Assembly: GCA_965285935.1 (NCBI GenBank)
Contig: OZ260665.1
Coordinates: 66,278,001-66,342,000, forward strand
Length of the DNA stretch: 64,000 bases
Reading direction: 5' to 3'
Source of the DNA: Ophelia neglecta
Lineage: Eukaryota
The position numbers were made by a program, and so were the translations under genes. The notes under the pieces were generated by a model, which saw only the letters and a list, made by a program, of their open reading frames with translations, ran no database searches and was not told the origin of the DNA. This document shows, piece after piece, positions 38,973-52,328 of this stretch (position 1 is its first letter; every line of letters begins with the position of its first letter).

Positions 38973-41642
38973 ATCAAAACACCACACAGTCCGCCTGCGG
39001 CCCACACGCATGCTCGGTAGGCGGCTGAATATCACAAATATGTTTATGGTGTCGCGATGGGCCGGTTTTTTCTCCGCCTAGCTAATGTTATAATCAATTT
39101 CAACTTGAGCAGCACACCGCCATTATCTGCCAAACTGTGTTATTATCCAAATAATGCGAAACCAAAATTAGGGGGTTGCACAAAGTTCATCAGTATTTGT
39201 CGACTTTAATCAGTGTTAGTGTATTTTACCATGTATTTACAAATTCACTCGCCTATGAAGTTAGTGATAGTCCCACTGCTGTTAAAGTTTGAAAAGAAAA
39301 ATCAGCGCAATCCACCAGTTGGACTAAAGCCAGCAAAATATTGTTGTATTTAAAACCAATGTTGGACATATTTTTTGTATTTTTCTGCAGACCATTCTGG
39401 ATAGAAATGACAAAGAGGTGGCATTTAAATCAAAGGAATTCTAACAAGACAGGACTCTAGATAAAAAAAACAGTGTCCATTTAAGCATAAAGAAGTCCAA
39501 GGGGTTAGACCTAACAAGTATGATATATTTACTGTCAGAATAAAATATGAATACATTTTTCCACACGTATGACGAATCATTTCCCATATCGTGAACTAAA
39601 ATATTGATGAGCTGTATGAGCATGCAATACATGTAAAGCCAGAAGAAGGAAATCTCATTGACTTAAAGTTGTTATTTGTTATTTCGAAAGGTAACAAGGG
39701 TGTGGGAGCATTTTGAGGGAATTTTTATTCTATTTCTTTGTAGTACAACAGTGAGAAATATCGAATGAATATCTGTTTTCCAGGCAGAAAAATTCAGCCT
39801 ACCTTACCGGGTACTTTTTTGTTAGTAGATCTACAGTTACACACTTTAGCGGCGTGCACAAAGTTGCACACAAAGTGGAAATGTCAGGATGAAGACATGT
39901 ATTATATATATTACAAAAGAAATAAGTAAGGCAGGTAGATCATTAAAATCTCGTTGGTTAATCCTCGGGGGCTTTTCGCCATCACCCGAGCCAGTGTGAC
40001 CAATTCTACCACCATTTCCCATGTAAACTCAGCGATTAGAACGCTCAATTTCCAATTAATTGACGGCTGAAACGTGAAATTAAATTCCAAGAGATGCCGC
40101 TTGGTCTGATCACCACGGCGCTTTGCCGTGTGGAAACAAATCGTCAGTTAATTTAACACGCCAAACTTAAAGTTGATTAAAATATAAACAAGTTGACCAC
40201 GACATCTGCGAATACTCAGTCTCCGAGAAGACAACCGAGATATAGGCCTATAGGGGTCGATCGCAGTAGAAGGGGAGTTCACTCTATTGCTTATAAAGAG
40301 CAAATTCAAATCAATCAATATTTACTAAACATATATAAACGATTTACAATAAATAAGCTGTTTTGGAAAACAAACTAACCATAGAATCGAGCACGTATGA
40401 AAAGGGCAAGTATCGTCCTTAAGGGCGATTAGGTTAAATCATTTACCACATTTAAATCATTTGAGATTGATTCAACAATGTGATAGCTAAAAACCGCTTA
40501 AATTCGGTAGTTGAGCGTCCATTGAATCTTGTAATCTCGGCTGAGTGTTTGAACTAGAGTGGGGCTAACAACACTGCCGTGCAAATTTGGTGAGTTGTTG
40601 AATTAAGGCTTGTTGAATCAGAGTATTGGCCAAACATTAGCTGTGAAAAGGGACAAGGCGAGCAAGGGGGATGGTTTACACTTGAAAGCGGGGGAATTCC
40701 TTGAGAAAGGCATATGTCATGGACCCTAGTCCTTCAAATCGGCACTCTACCATGGTGTACCTTTCTGATTATTTGGAAACAGGAGCCGAGAAACTAATAT
40801 TTGGACGAGAAAGCTTCAGAGGTGCAAGATGCTTCGACTGTAGTCGAGGAAAAATTCGTTTACACACACCTGACTGACAATAAAATATGGCTTTAGGACT
40901 ATAGTTTATATAGTTCGTGCAATGAAATTCAGCCTTTGGGAATTTGAAAAGAAATAGATAGCGTTAACGAAAAAATCCATTCTCATTTTAAGACTCCAGC
41001 CACAAAGGCAAATAATCATTTTTTCCAACTATATACCCATGGTATCGACTTACAGATAGTTGTAGACTGTACCTCACTTTATCACTTGTAATCAGCGGTT
41101 GTCAGAAGAATTCATCGGCAAGATAGTACACCTATATTTTAGGTACGGATCGGTATGTTTCCTCAGTGTAAACGAGACGGTATACTCCACCCAGGCAACC
41201 GCACAGGCCGGAGTAAAACAACCACAAGGGGCATCGAGGACGAGGGGTTGACCGACCCACTATCACTATATACTGCTGACAGTCGGACCTTACCAGAACG
41301 CCGTGTCTGATCGATGAGATCCTTAATAGATATGCGGGAGTATTCTTTTGGAGCTAAACCAGGTATTTGTTAAAGACGAGATCAATAAGGCAGTACACAA
41401 GGAGTACTGCTCCTGGTCTGACCGCACTCGGCACGGTATTGGACTATATGTCATCGTTAGTGTTAAGTAAACAGACATTTGCTGTTCGCTGCCGTTGGGA
41501 AAACATCGCCTTGCTAATGTACCTCCATTTATCCATATTGACTGCAAATGACCATACTCCGAAGAGTTAGATGGCGTTTATGCAAGAACGAGAAAAGCCT
41601 GAACACTATTCGATGAATTATAGAGAATTTGTTTTGACTTAC

Positions 41643-41973
41643 CAGATTTGGCCGAGGAGACATGTGAGCTGTTGCTATTGTTGAGGGCTGATGAGATGTT
41701 GGTCGTTGAGGAAGGGCTTGAGTGACGAGCTAGTAGGCCCTCGATAGCAAAATGTCCATGACCAGTCATCTGCCCTCCCCCGGACACGGCTATCTCCAGT
41801 CCCCGGGGATGAGCTCCCCCGGGGTACTCAGGGTAGGGGAACACACTGCCAGCCTGGGACGTGGGTATTCCGAGCGCTGTGAACGGGGGACTGTAGTGCG
41901 AAAATGTCGCCGGCAAACCGTTCATTCCGTTGAATCCGTGCGGAAAATGGCTTTCCAAAAGTCTAGCATCCAT
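41643..41973 (-). CDS. Uncx: Uncx/unc-4 homeobox gene, coding exon 1 (N-terminus MDARLLESHFPH..., eh1 motif FAIEGLL); an in-frame upstream ATG pair at 42015/42012 could add up to 14 aa
   Basis: Lies in ORF 41578..42015(-). MDARLLE resembles the vertebrate Uncx start (MMDGRLLE). It ends at a canonical donor TCTG|gtaagt (exon end 41643, phase 1). G plus AC from exon 2 gives GAC (Asp), in frame with the homeodomain. Confidence 0.85.
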
Positions 41974-42099
41974 TGCGGCCTTCGGTTCCCCAGGGCTGAA
42001 GTAAGACAACATCATACAGAAAAGTTAATCACAGAGTTTCTGGTTTATAGTGCGCGATGGTAAAGTTGCGGATACACATGGAGGCAGTGCTCCTCTCGC

Positions 42100-42360
42100 T
42101 GAAGCTCGGAGATCGACTGATGAGACATCTTACTATAGTTCATAAACTCGCCGCCCGCGTGAGCTCCACTCCGGCGCAGTGATACACGCTACAGCAGCGT
42201 TCGACCAATCAACGCGCGCCCCTAATGATTGGTGTGCAGAGAGGAGGGCCTGGCTGACTTGATGGGGTACTTAGTTGACATGAATCTCCTCTCTATTGAT
42301 TGGCCCTTTGCTGCTCTCTATCTGATGCCCCCAGGGCACTGATCAATCTTCCAATTGTTA
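42100..42360 (-). promoter_or_regulatory. Putative Uncx core/proximal promoter
   Basis: CpG-rich patch upstream of exon 1. Inr-like TCAGTC on the minus strand at 42120-42115, GC box (ccgccc 42151-42156), and CCAAT/ATTGG boxes near 42205, 42228, 42299 and 42351. Confidence 0.5.
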
Positions 42361-43885
42361 AACACAAACCGCTTGCATTCTGTTCGCTTCAAGAGTAACT
42401 TTTTCCAGCAGTTTCTCAATTTTCCCACTAGTGTCATTTTTATTGTATTATTTGGCTTTAGCGGACATCACAATGCCGCTCGAGGCCGCTCCTGCTTGCT
42501 CAGGATTGAAAGGCATCGACTATTCTTTTGACAATGCTTTAACAGCATAGATCGAAGATGGTAACAAAAACACAGTGATTAGACGAACATTACTAACAAC
42601 AACACTGATTTCACCCCCGCCTGACTAGGTGGGGTGCTCTTGTCTTGTGACAAGTTTTCCAATAGTTTGAAAGTGTTTCTTTTCAAAGTGAGATCGGGCA
42701 ATGAATGCCACTGGCCCTGCCGTCCAACTTAAATTCTTTTGTTGTCATAACTCTGGCCAAACAATTTACTGACAGCACTGTTATAGACCAAATAGATTTA
42801 TGTCTGCTCACGCGAGGCGATTGACAGCAAACCGAAGATGCCAAAGGCGAGAACAAAACGACGGCATATCCTACACTGTAACTGACTATTCAGTAATAGA
42901 TTTCATCCATATTAATCAACCATTGAATTGTCGTCTTCCAACACTGAAAAATATCACCTTAGACCATCAATGAATCATTCAGTGTGCAAATCCCACCCCA
43001 TGCCTCCACTTGATGGCCCTCTAGTAATATAAAATGAATTTTACTACTGTTTGATCAGTTTGCCACCCGCAGACGATTCAAATTGTGTATGTCGTAAAAG
43101 GTAAATGTCTGCCTGAAATGAAGAAGTTACGTGTTTTTAGATAACAGACGACAATATGCTGTAACCGATGATAACACACAAACCAAGCTCTCTGAAGTTG
43201 GCACAATTATAGAATAAATCTCAAAGAACTGTTTCTACAAGCGTGCTTTACATCCACTGAGTCTGAAAAGGTAACTATCGTTTTATTGTCACGTTATGTA
43301 TTTGGTATTGGATTCTAATGGTCGTTATTTGATTTGAGGATCTAGTTTAGGCATATAACAAAAGAATAAACTGTGCGTTTCGTTTTTTGACGCTGAAACA
43401 AGGGTTACCTATTAAACGACTTGACACGTGTTTATCATAATGAAGTGTGGCATGTAATGTCACGGGCAGAGCAAACGTCCGCTTAACATTCCTAGCATTG
43501 AACACTTTTCAGGTTTAGAGACATCCATTTTATATTAAAGTCATATATTGAATGATCTGAACAGCGCCGCCTAGATAGCTGATTGTGCTTGAACGATACT
43601 TGTTGAATGGAAATATGCTTTTTTAGTACTAAACTGCACGAAGATGAAATTTTGTTCTTGAAAAAGTTGCTGGGAACTGTTTCAAATGATGTGTCCCTCC
43701 TTTTACCCAATACATGTAGTTTAATATAGAGTCTATCTATAGCCCTCGGCCTATATAAAATCCATCTATGTATAGGCCTGCATATCAGTGAAAATCACAC
43801 TATAGTATTTTAATGTTTGAAACATCAATATAAAGTGTTGGAAATTGAAGGTTATAATAGTTTATAATTATTTTGAGCTTACATA

Positions 43886-44063
43886 TACAGTGAAGCCTGC
43901 TTAACAGAGCAGCTCTTTATTCTGACAACCCGATAACTCAGACTGATATCAAACTATTCACTTTCCAGGTTAAAAGCTTGCACACTAAGACCATGCACCT
44001 TCATTACCAGGACATCATTTTCACTCCTTAGACTGGTTTCAATTCATAGGTTTCAAGGCTTGT
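43886..44063. mobile_element. Possible degenerate Tc1/mariner-type MITE remnant
   Basis: Begins TA|CAGTGAAGCCTG and has an imperfect inverted counterpart (aggtttca...tgta) about 165 bp later. Confidence 0.3.
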
Positions 44064-47000
44064 AATTATCATACAAGTATCTCCGACAATTATTTACATT
44101 GATGGAATTCATATCGACAAAGCATATAACCTCAGACTTCCATCAGGAAAACATTGGTTGCTTTGCATATCAAACAAATCGAATATATATAGCTCTGTGG
44201 CAGCCATGGTTGACTTTTGATTGATGTACAAATGTATTATGATAAATAATAGTCAGTGTATCCTAGACTACAAGAAATCTACAAACCATCGAGCTATGTA
44301 TTTTTCTTCAATAGGCCTAGCTGTGATGTACAGCCTGTCTTGAGAGATTTTATAATAGGTTCCTATATTTGAAACTATAGTTTAGGATTGTCTCAAGGAA
44401 TCACGATAGGTTGTTTATCAATCGTAAGCTGAGAATCTTCAAACTGCCATGCGATGTTTGTATTATCTGCTTTCATACACATCTGACTTTCTCTGCTGTT
44501 ACTTGACAGTTGCAAAACAACTTTAAATAGCGAACTTCAAAACGTGTAGACAAGTTATATGTGTAGGTATATGACTAAACCAAGTACAATAGCATCTCTT
44601 TAGACCTGAGTGCCTGTTGACGGGGAAAATCTCCGGGAAAATATTCTATTCATATACGAAATTGTCAGCTCATTTAGGGAATTGTCTTCAATTGAACTAT
44701 GAGGTCATTACTTAAGTCTGTGTCATTCCAAAATGGCTTGTGTCAGTGATATGAAACCTAAATACTGATAATTACAGCTGCAAGGCTTTGAAATTGCCTC
44801 CATGAAACTTAAAAGAAGATGCCAAGAGAAAATTGGAAAACTTTTAATAGATTGATGTATTGCCTGACAAGTAATTGAATAAGATTTCTCCAACTTCGTG
44901 GGTGATTTTAAGCAAATTTCGCCCTGAAGCGAAAAGAGCAACTTCTTGACATAGAAAGATGGTTGGATGGAGTGTTGTTGAAAAGTCTCTTAATACGTGT
45001 CTAATGAGACTGCCTTTCTCCGTGCTTACCGGCCGCAAACAACGAGATTGTTGGAAGATAGTGCTAGGAGGAGATGCTGGTTTGTTTGCACTCCTGTTAT
45101 TTAACACCTCAGCACTGTGGCCTGAGATGGGCTCAATAGCCCGGGTTGGGGCGGAACCATCGACCAATTATAGAAAGTCAGTGTTTGTTCACGGGGATCG
45201 CTACTGTCCCCTTATACACCCTACCCTGCCCTGCCCGCCTGTCTAACGGTATGGAAGTGAACTTAAATGGAGTACTTCTACACGGTTCGAATTTCCTAGC
45301 CCCCCTCAGTCTACCCCCCCCCCCCACCCCCGCCTTGAAACCGCCGTTGCCGGGTCACTGACAAAGAAACGGGATAGTGTTCTAACCACCAGCGATTAGC
45401 AAGTGGAAGATTTCCGATTCCAGCCAGCTTTACTGTTTTTCCGTCCCAAGGCTCCTTTCTCTTGTTCAGGTCGCTTCTCTCACCTTGGTATCACAGTTGG
45501 CACTCCACCACCAGCTGCGTATGTGCCTCTCCGCAACACAAGTGTAAACAACGCTGACTTTTTCCTTCTCCGCAAACAATCGCAAATCTCCATTAAACAA
45601 TACTGCTCCAGGTCGATCTGGGAATTATCGGCAAAGTTTTCTATGAAAAAAATCTCTCGTGGTGATTTCTAATTTTGCAATGTCACACCATCGTATTCTG
45701 ATACACTCCTCTTCAGAAATTGTCGCCCCTTTTGGTACCCAGACTAAATAGCCTTAGGAATGAAACGCTCAATTGGAATCAGCGATTAGCAAGATAAAAT
45801 ATACTTAATACGGCGTAAGAATGATCGTTTTGGGCGTTTAGATTGAAAGTCGTATCAGAATAATAATTGATCTTTTTACTTCAAAGTATCTGGTCCATAA
45901 GTGGCTTGAGAAACCTACACCAGTGATCCCACACATAAAAGTACATAAAACTCAGTAATCGTGTGTAATATTGTTTTGATAAGCAACCCCTTCGGGGAAC
46001 AATAGAAGAATGCGCTTGCAACTTTCAAATACGTGACCTGACCACCCTGGTTCTGACTGTAGCTCGGGGTAAGAAACCCTCCACCCTCCTCTTGAATCTT
46101 AAGCATTTGGTTGATGGGCATGTTTCAGAGACGCGACCCATAAAAATAAAACAACTTCAAATTGAGAAGTAACCATCTTGAGGCCTACATTGTGACTGAC
46201 TCGGTGAGACGCCCAATAAACCAGACAAAAAACCGGATAGACGAAACTGAGGAGTAGTAATCAGCCAACACACTTATGACCATTACTTCTGACCCTGTCT
46301 CTAAGATCCTTATATCGTCTGCTGAAATCTACCACTTCCCATCGTCTGCCGCGCCAAGAGACGTGTTATTAAATCTTAGTAATGGCACAATTTGGCCATA
46401 TGAGTCTAAATAAACACGTTGGAGAGGGATGTAGAGTAATGATTAGCTGTGATTAGACTGTGAGGGGATCCAGAACAAGGTCAAGCTATAAATTTCCGAC
46501 CGAATTCCTTCCCAAGTCTCCGCATGCCAGATACTGGTAAGCCTTATGACACCAGTATTGACTCTGATAACAGCTATTAAGCGTCATGATTAAGAGGGCG
46601 ATCATGCACTTCTCCGGGGTCAGAGCTATAAGAAATCAACTTAATGTTGACGAGTTATGTCGTTTTGGTGGCCTGGAGCTATAGACGAGCCTGGTATTCC
46701 GGCGCCGTGGTGTATATGCCAAGGGTCCAGACTTGCTGGCCCTATCAACCTCCTGTCTCTCCGTGTACCACCAGGCTTTACCGCCCGGGCTAGTCGCCCA
46801 TCCCGCTGACATCGCATACATTTCCCCGCTCACTCCTGAGGCCGCCACGGAATAACTTCTGACACTGCGCAAAATTGAAATTTCCACTAGGAACAACTTG
46901 CTCGATGACTTCCCCGATTTGTCACAATTCCTCGAGGAGCCATTGTTTTTGATGCTCTGCAAGCACAATTCTGTCCCAGTTAGGCGAACATATCATCGGT

Positions 47001-49672
47001 CGGCGAAACTTGGATTGAGGCACTGGAAATTGTTTAAGTGAAATTGACAAAGGGCCCAACATCTAAAAATGTAAATATTTAAAACAGTAGAATAAAGGTG
47101 AAGAAAAGCTACTAACACTTTTATAAGTCAATAGAGCAACCAAAGGCTCTGGGCATGTATGGAAAAACTAACCATGTATACACATTGTCTGCATGCTTGA
47201 GCCAAGGTCTACAAATGGGTGTCCTGTATGAAACTGGCCTGTTGTTATGACAGTTTCTCAGAGGCTCTGACCTTGAATATAGATTTAATACGCAGTTTTA
47301 TCTTTATAAGGGACTATGGGAATCAAGGAATACTAAATAGCCACCACATAATTAAATCTATAGCGCCGGACACCGCAGACACGGAATTGTTTTTATGAGC
47401 AAGATGTCTGACACAGACAATGCATATTAATTTTCCTTGTAAACGTTTCTTCTCTTGCTCATAACAACCATTATTATTTGGGCGAGTCGTCCAACTTGCA
47501 AGAGAGTTGATCTAAGTCATGTTAGCAGTCTACGACCAAATCTATAGATAGTAGGGCTATAGACCCAAAGCTTGGAAGATCTACCAGATTCTTTATTTTC
47601 CACGAGGAATCATGTCTTGTTTAGCTTAACTGACTGATACTATCCATTTAAATTATTTGCATACTTTGTTGTTGTCGTATATAGGCCTGTCGTATATTAT
47701 ATATATATAAATCTGCGTCCATGGAGCTCCTGCCAATATATATAGGTATACTTTCTGCTTGCAGACGACAGTCATGTAAATTGTTAAACAGGTTGGTCTG
47801 TGTTCGCGTGTCCCAGCTTTAAGTAATCCCACTTTCCTTCATCTTGCCCTAACTAACTCTGTCAGCTCGGAATTGGATCTTTCTATAGTCGAAACAAGCT
47901 TAATAGAAAACTCTCACTTATCCTGCTGTATCTGTGATGGGCAAGAGAATGTCAGAGAAAACAGCCTTGTCGCCTTCGTGATTTCTCTCACCTTGTAGGT
48001 GCTAGGGAGCCCCAAGAGAGTCCAGCTTCGTAGGCTGATAATTATCTTTAAGCAACGCCATTACATGAAGTAATGAGCTCGGAAAACCTGCAACAAAAGG
48101 CCAGACTCTTCTGCAATTGCGTCATCGCCAATGGTTATTACTAAAGGATGAACTCGCCAGCACTTTTCAAAAGGCAACTACGCAGTTCAATTTAGTGTCA
48201 TCTTGTTTTCACAAAACAATGCCACCAGCTTTAATACCAGGTTACCGCATGTTGACACGCCTCCCAAAACATAGCTTAAGCCTTTAATTCAATTTAAATT
48301 TGATTTGATAAACTGTTTGAGCATTCCCAATGACAGACTAGAAATTGCATCCTATTGTCAACGGGTTTGTTTAAACGAGTGCATGAATTCTGTAACATTA
48401 AGTAAACTGACTTCTCCGCGAGAACTATCTATTGACCACAGGGTAAGGAGGCGTGGATAATTTTTCTAAAACAACAAACTACAAACTAGCTATGGGTCAA
48501 ATCAAACATATCATCACGTCTTAGGTAAAGTTGCAGCATTCAGTCAGCACGCACAGAGGCGTCCGGTTTCAAATCTAATGATACTCCCTTAATGGCCGTC
48601 TTGGGAATTGATAAAGTTGAAAACTCAATGAAACGCATTCCTTTCAGTTACCAGTTAAAATTGGATGTTTTTACCCCATGTGTTTCCTAATGGTGACTAG
48701 CTCCCGTGCAGAATCATTAGACTTATTTGTTACTCTTGGCAGACGACATTTGCAAGAGAAATTACATCTACAAAGTTGTAATATATAGCCATCTCATATA
48801 GTTCTTCTAAGGTTATATCTACCTCATATCCGAATATAACGATATATCGGTTTTCTGGGACCATTCAGATCGTTACAGAGGGTGGTTAACCACTCAGAAT
48901 TAATTTTTGCCATGCCCTGATCATTATAAATCGTTCTTAGGCAAATACATTTTATGTATGAAAAATGTACCGTGAGAACCGAGCACCTGTGCACGACGTC
49001 CTCCTTTCTGATCGATACAACAATTAATAATACCCGCGAAGGACAGATCATTCCTTATTGAATGCCTGCCAATAAGGATCAGTGACAAGAGTAATGGTGG
49101 CGGCGGTCGGCGTCATGCCAAAGGGACACCACCTGTAGGGCGGGCACATTTTTTCCAGAGATCCAGACGAAACACGACGGGCTCATAATTGAATTAGATC
49201 ACCTTCGGTCCCAGCTACACACAAAAAACTTTTTTATGCTTTATGATTTTACCATCTGCTTTGAAAAAGTGACAAGCAAGTTACAGATCGATGATCGCAG
49301 GTGATTGACATTCATAACCAATGAAGCATTGGCAGGAAACTGTTGCTGGTGGGCCTAGGCCTAGAAGTGAAATCAATACGGCGTTACTACCCCGTAAGAT
49401 TTGCCGACACGCAGGTGATACCTGTACGTTGAAAACATTACAAGAAATTGATTGATTCAATAAAATAGCGCTGATTACATGGCGTAGCACATGTTTACAT
49501 GTCAGCTTGGCTGCCAACAATGGGTCTGGGACAACGCGAAATTGCTAGGTTTTTTTCTATGAATACAAATAGCATCATAATTCATACCGTTTAAGATAGT
49601 GTATCTGATAGTTATACTGTAAATAAACTTTGCAAATTGTTGGACTACGGCTGAATATAACAGCCTTTAGGA

Positions 49673-49724
49673 GGGGGGTGGGGGGTGGGAGGGGAGGCGG
49701 AAGCCCGGGAGTATGAGGTAATCT

Positions 49725-49755
<31 letters not shown>

Positions 49756-49756
49756 G
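49673..49756 (+). repeat. G-run cluster followed by (TG)n and poly-G
   Basis: GGGGGG-T-GGGGGG-T-GGG-A-GGGG at 49673-49694, then (TG)n and a long G run at 49725-49756. Confidence 0.85.
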
Positions 49757-50721
49757 CAAAGATTCTGTTATATGTCTACAGTTTATGTGGTTACTCAATA
49801 GTTTTGCATGTGCTGTTGAATCTTTCTTATGGATTATTGAAATTTATGTCGTGCATGGGCCTTGGAGGAAAGAAGTACAGGCCTTTATATTTCATGTAGT
49901 CTTTACAATTTTCCCTCATGGTGCACAAAGAAATGGGATCAGCAATATTCCTAGTCGAAAATTGTTTGCATTATTAGTTTGCCTTTTTGTTTTGTCATCA
50001 AAACGGCTAGAGCTTTTGACAGGAGCAGCACCATGGCTGCCTGAGCGCGGACTGTAAAGGGAAACCGTTTTTTTTTTCAAAATTTGCCACACGTTTGGAA
50101 CTTGGCTTCATATTCAGTTTCGAAGGAAGAGTTTCAGAGTAACAGATTTCGGCTAAAAGGCGGAATGATTGGTTATTGATTTATGGTTTTTATGTCAATG
50201 CTAAAATATTCTTGACCAACAAATTGGATTTGAAAGTTGAGGGCACATACGATGGCAGTACTGTGCATGTTTTCCCCAAAACTTTCATTGGCCTGTGCGG
50301 AAAGGTGTGCCAACTCATTGGAGCTGTCTTTAAAGGTCATCGACATCATAATTACACATCTATAGACCTAGGCCTAATATGTCAAAATCACAAATCTTGG
50401 TTTAATCCAGAGTTAGAGCTTTCACCCTGGCTGTGCACGAAGGTATTTTTCCTATATGTGTTTTGGCATAGAATGGTGATGGGAGGTAGTTGTCAATTTC
50501 ACTGTCCAAAGCCAAATTGGTAAATTATGGCTTAACTAAATGCGGGAGAAGTTTCCGGGAATATATCTAAAACATGTCTATGGCACCACTGACAACAAAG
50601 CCATATTATCTTGAACATTTAAACGCTTGCTTTGACTTGGAATTGCGCAGAAAAATAGTAAGAAAATCATTGCTATAAGGTCAAGGTTGTATTATTGTGC
50701 CAAACCCTTCATTTATTAACC

Positions 50722-50892
50722 TACATAGAGGTTTCTGCAATGTAGGACCACCACTAAATCCAAGAAAAAAGTGGTCTTACATTGTAGGTGGCCCTTCATT
50801 GGAGGTACTTTAACATAAAATAGATAGGACATGGGAATTCAAAAACTGTACTGCCGTCATCCGAGGGGCCCTACATCGCAGGGACCACTGTA
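50722..50892. mobile_element. Possible degenerate Tc1/mariner-pogo-type MITE remnant
   Basis: The right end reads ...gcagggaccACTG|TA (CAGT-type terminus plus TA target site), with internal ggaccac/gtggtc inverted motifs. The left terminus is eroded and its coordinate is approximate. Confidence 0.35.
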
Positions 50893-51204
50893 AATATGAT
50901 ACATGGTTTAGGATCTTGCCAATCTGGCCCTTTCTGTGATGCATTACATGTGTTTAGCTCAAAATGTTGCACACGCGTATATTATATGTTTCGGTATGGT
51001 TTAATTGATACGGCAAAAGTATTAAAGTCTTGATTATGCGCATTGGCAAAGGTAGCATTAAAAAAAGGTTATTACATCTGGGAAGGTTGAGGGTTATTGA
51101 AGGTAAATTCTATCGTTCTCAATGAATTTCTATTCTCGTAAACATCCCAGAGTATGGGTCAGCTGGATTTGTCTGAGCTTTCTTTCCTGGGATGACGTTG
51201 AGAG

Positions 51205-52328
51205 TGTTGCGACCACCAACAGAGGGTCTAACGTCTCCTTCCTAGTGACTAAACCAGTCCTTCCGAGAGACTAAACCGGGCCTGTGACCATGGTCGGGGG
51301 GTATAAGGTCTTCCTTTGGAGGCTCCCAAACCAGGGCTGTCACCATGACCTGAGGGTCTTAGTTCTCCCGTCGAGTTCCAAAAACCAGGCCTGCGACCAT
51401 GATCAGGGGTCTAAGGTCTCCCGCGGAGGCTCTCAAACCAGGGCTGTCCCCACGACCGGAGGGTATTGAGGTCTCTTTTAGAGAGACCCAAACCAGGACT
51501 GTCCCCACGACCGGAGGGCCTTGAGGTCTCTTTTTGAGGGACCCAAACCAGGGCTGTCACCACGACCGGAGGGCCTTGAGGTCTCTTTTAGAGAGACCCA
51601 AACCAGGGCTGTCCCCACGACCGGAGGGCCTTGAGGTCTCTTTTAGAGAGACCCAAACCAGGGCTGTCCCCACGACCGGAGGGCCTTGAGGTCTCTTTTA
51701 GAGAGACCCAAACCAGGGCTGTCCCCACGACCGGAGGGCCTTGAGGTCTCTTTTAGAGAGACCCAAACCAGGGCTGTCCCCACGACCGGAGGGCCTTGAG
51801 GTCTCTTTTAGAGGGACCCAAACCAGGGCTGTCCCCACGACCGGAGGGCCTTGAGGTCTCTTTTAGAGAGACCCAAACCAGGGCTGTCCCCACGACCGGA
51901 GGGCCTTGAGGTCTCTTTTAGAGGGACCCAAACCAGGGCTGTCACCACGACCGGAGGGCCTTGAGGTCTCTTTTAGAGAGACCCAAACCAGGGCTGTCAC
52001 CACGACCGGAGGGCCTTGAGGTCTCTTTTAGAGAGACCCAAACCAGGGCTGTCCCCACGACCGGAGGGCATTGAGGTCTCTTTTAGAGGGACCCAAACCA
52101 GGGCTGTCCCCACGACCGGAGGGCCTTGAGGTCTCTTTTAGAGGGACCCAAACCAGGGCTGTCTCCACGACCGGAGGGCCTTGAGGTCTCTTTTAGAGAG
52201 ACCCAAACCAGGGCTGTCCCCACGACCGGAGGGCCTTGAGGTCTCTTTTAGAGAGACCCAAACCAGGGCTGTCACCACGACCGGAGGCCCTTGAGGTCTC
52301 TTTTAGAGAGACCCAAACCAGGTTGTCA
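51205..52328. repeat. 55-bp minisatellite, about 20 copies (15 near-perfect units at 51481-52305, degenerate units on the left, a partial unit on the right)
   Basis: Unit GAGAGACCCAAACCAGGGCTGTCCCCACGACCGGAGGGCCTTGAGGTCTCTTTTA recurs at exact 55-bp spacing (51481, 51536, 51591 ... 52251, partial at 52306). Confidence 0.97.

Larger units (their letters stand above)
36565..41642 (-). other. Uncx intron 1 (about 5.1 kb, GT-AG, phase 1)
   Basis: GTAAGT donor and pyrimidine tract with AG acceptor; reading frame is preserved across the junction. Confidence 0.8.

Noticed and set aside
51481-52322. CRISPR array
   Set aside because: Units are contiguous and near-identical with no unique spacers, there are no cas genes, and the context is eukaryotic.
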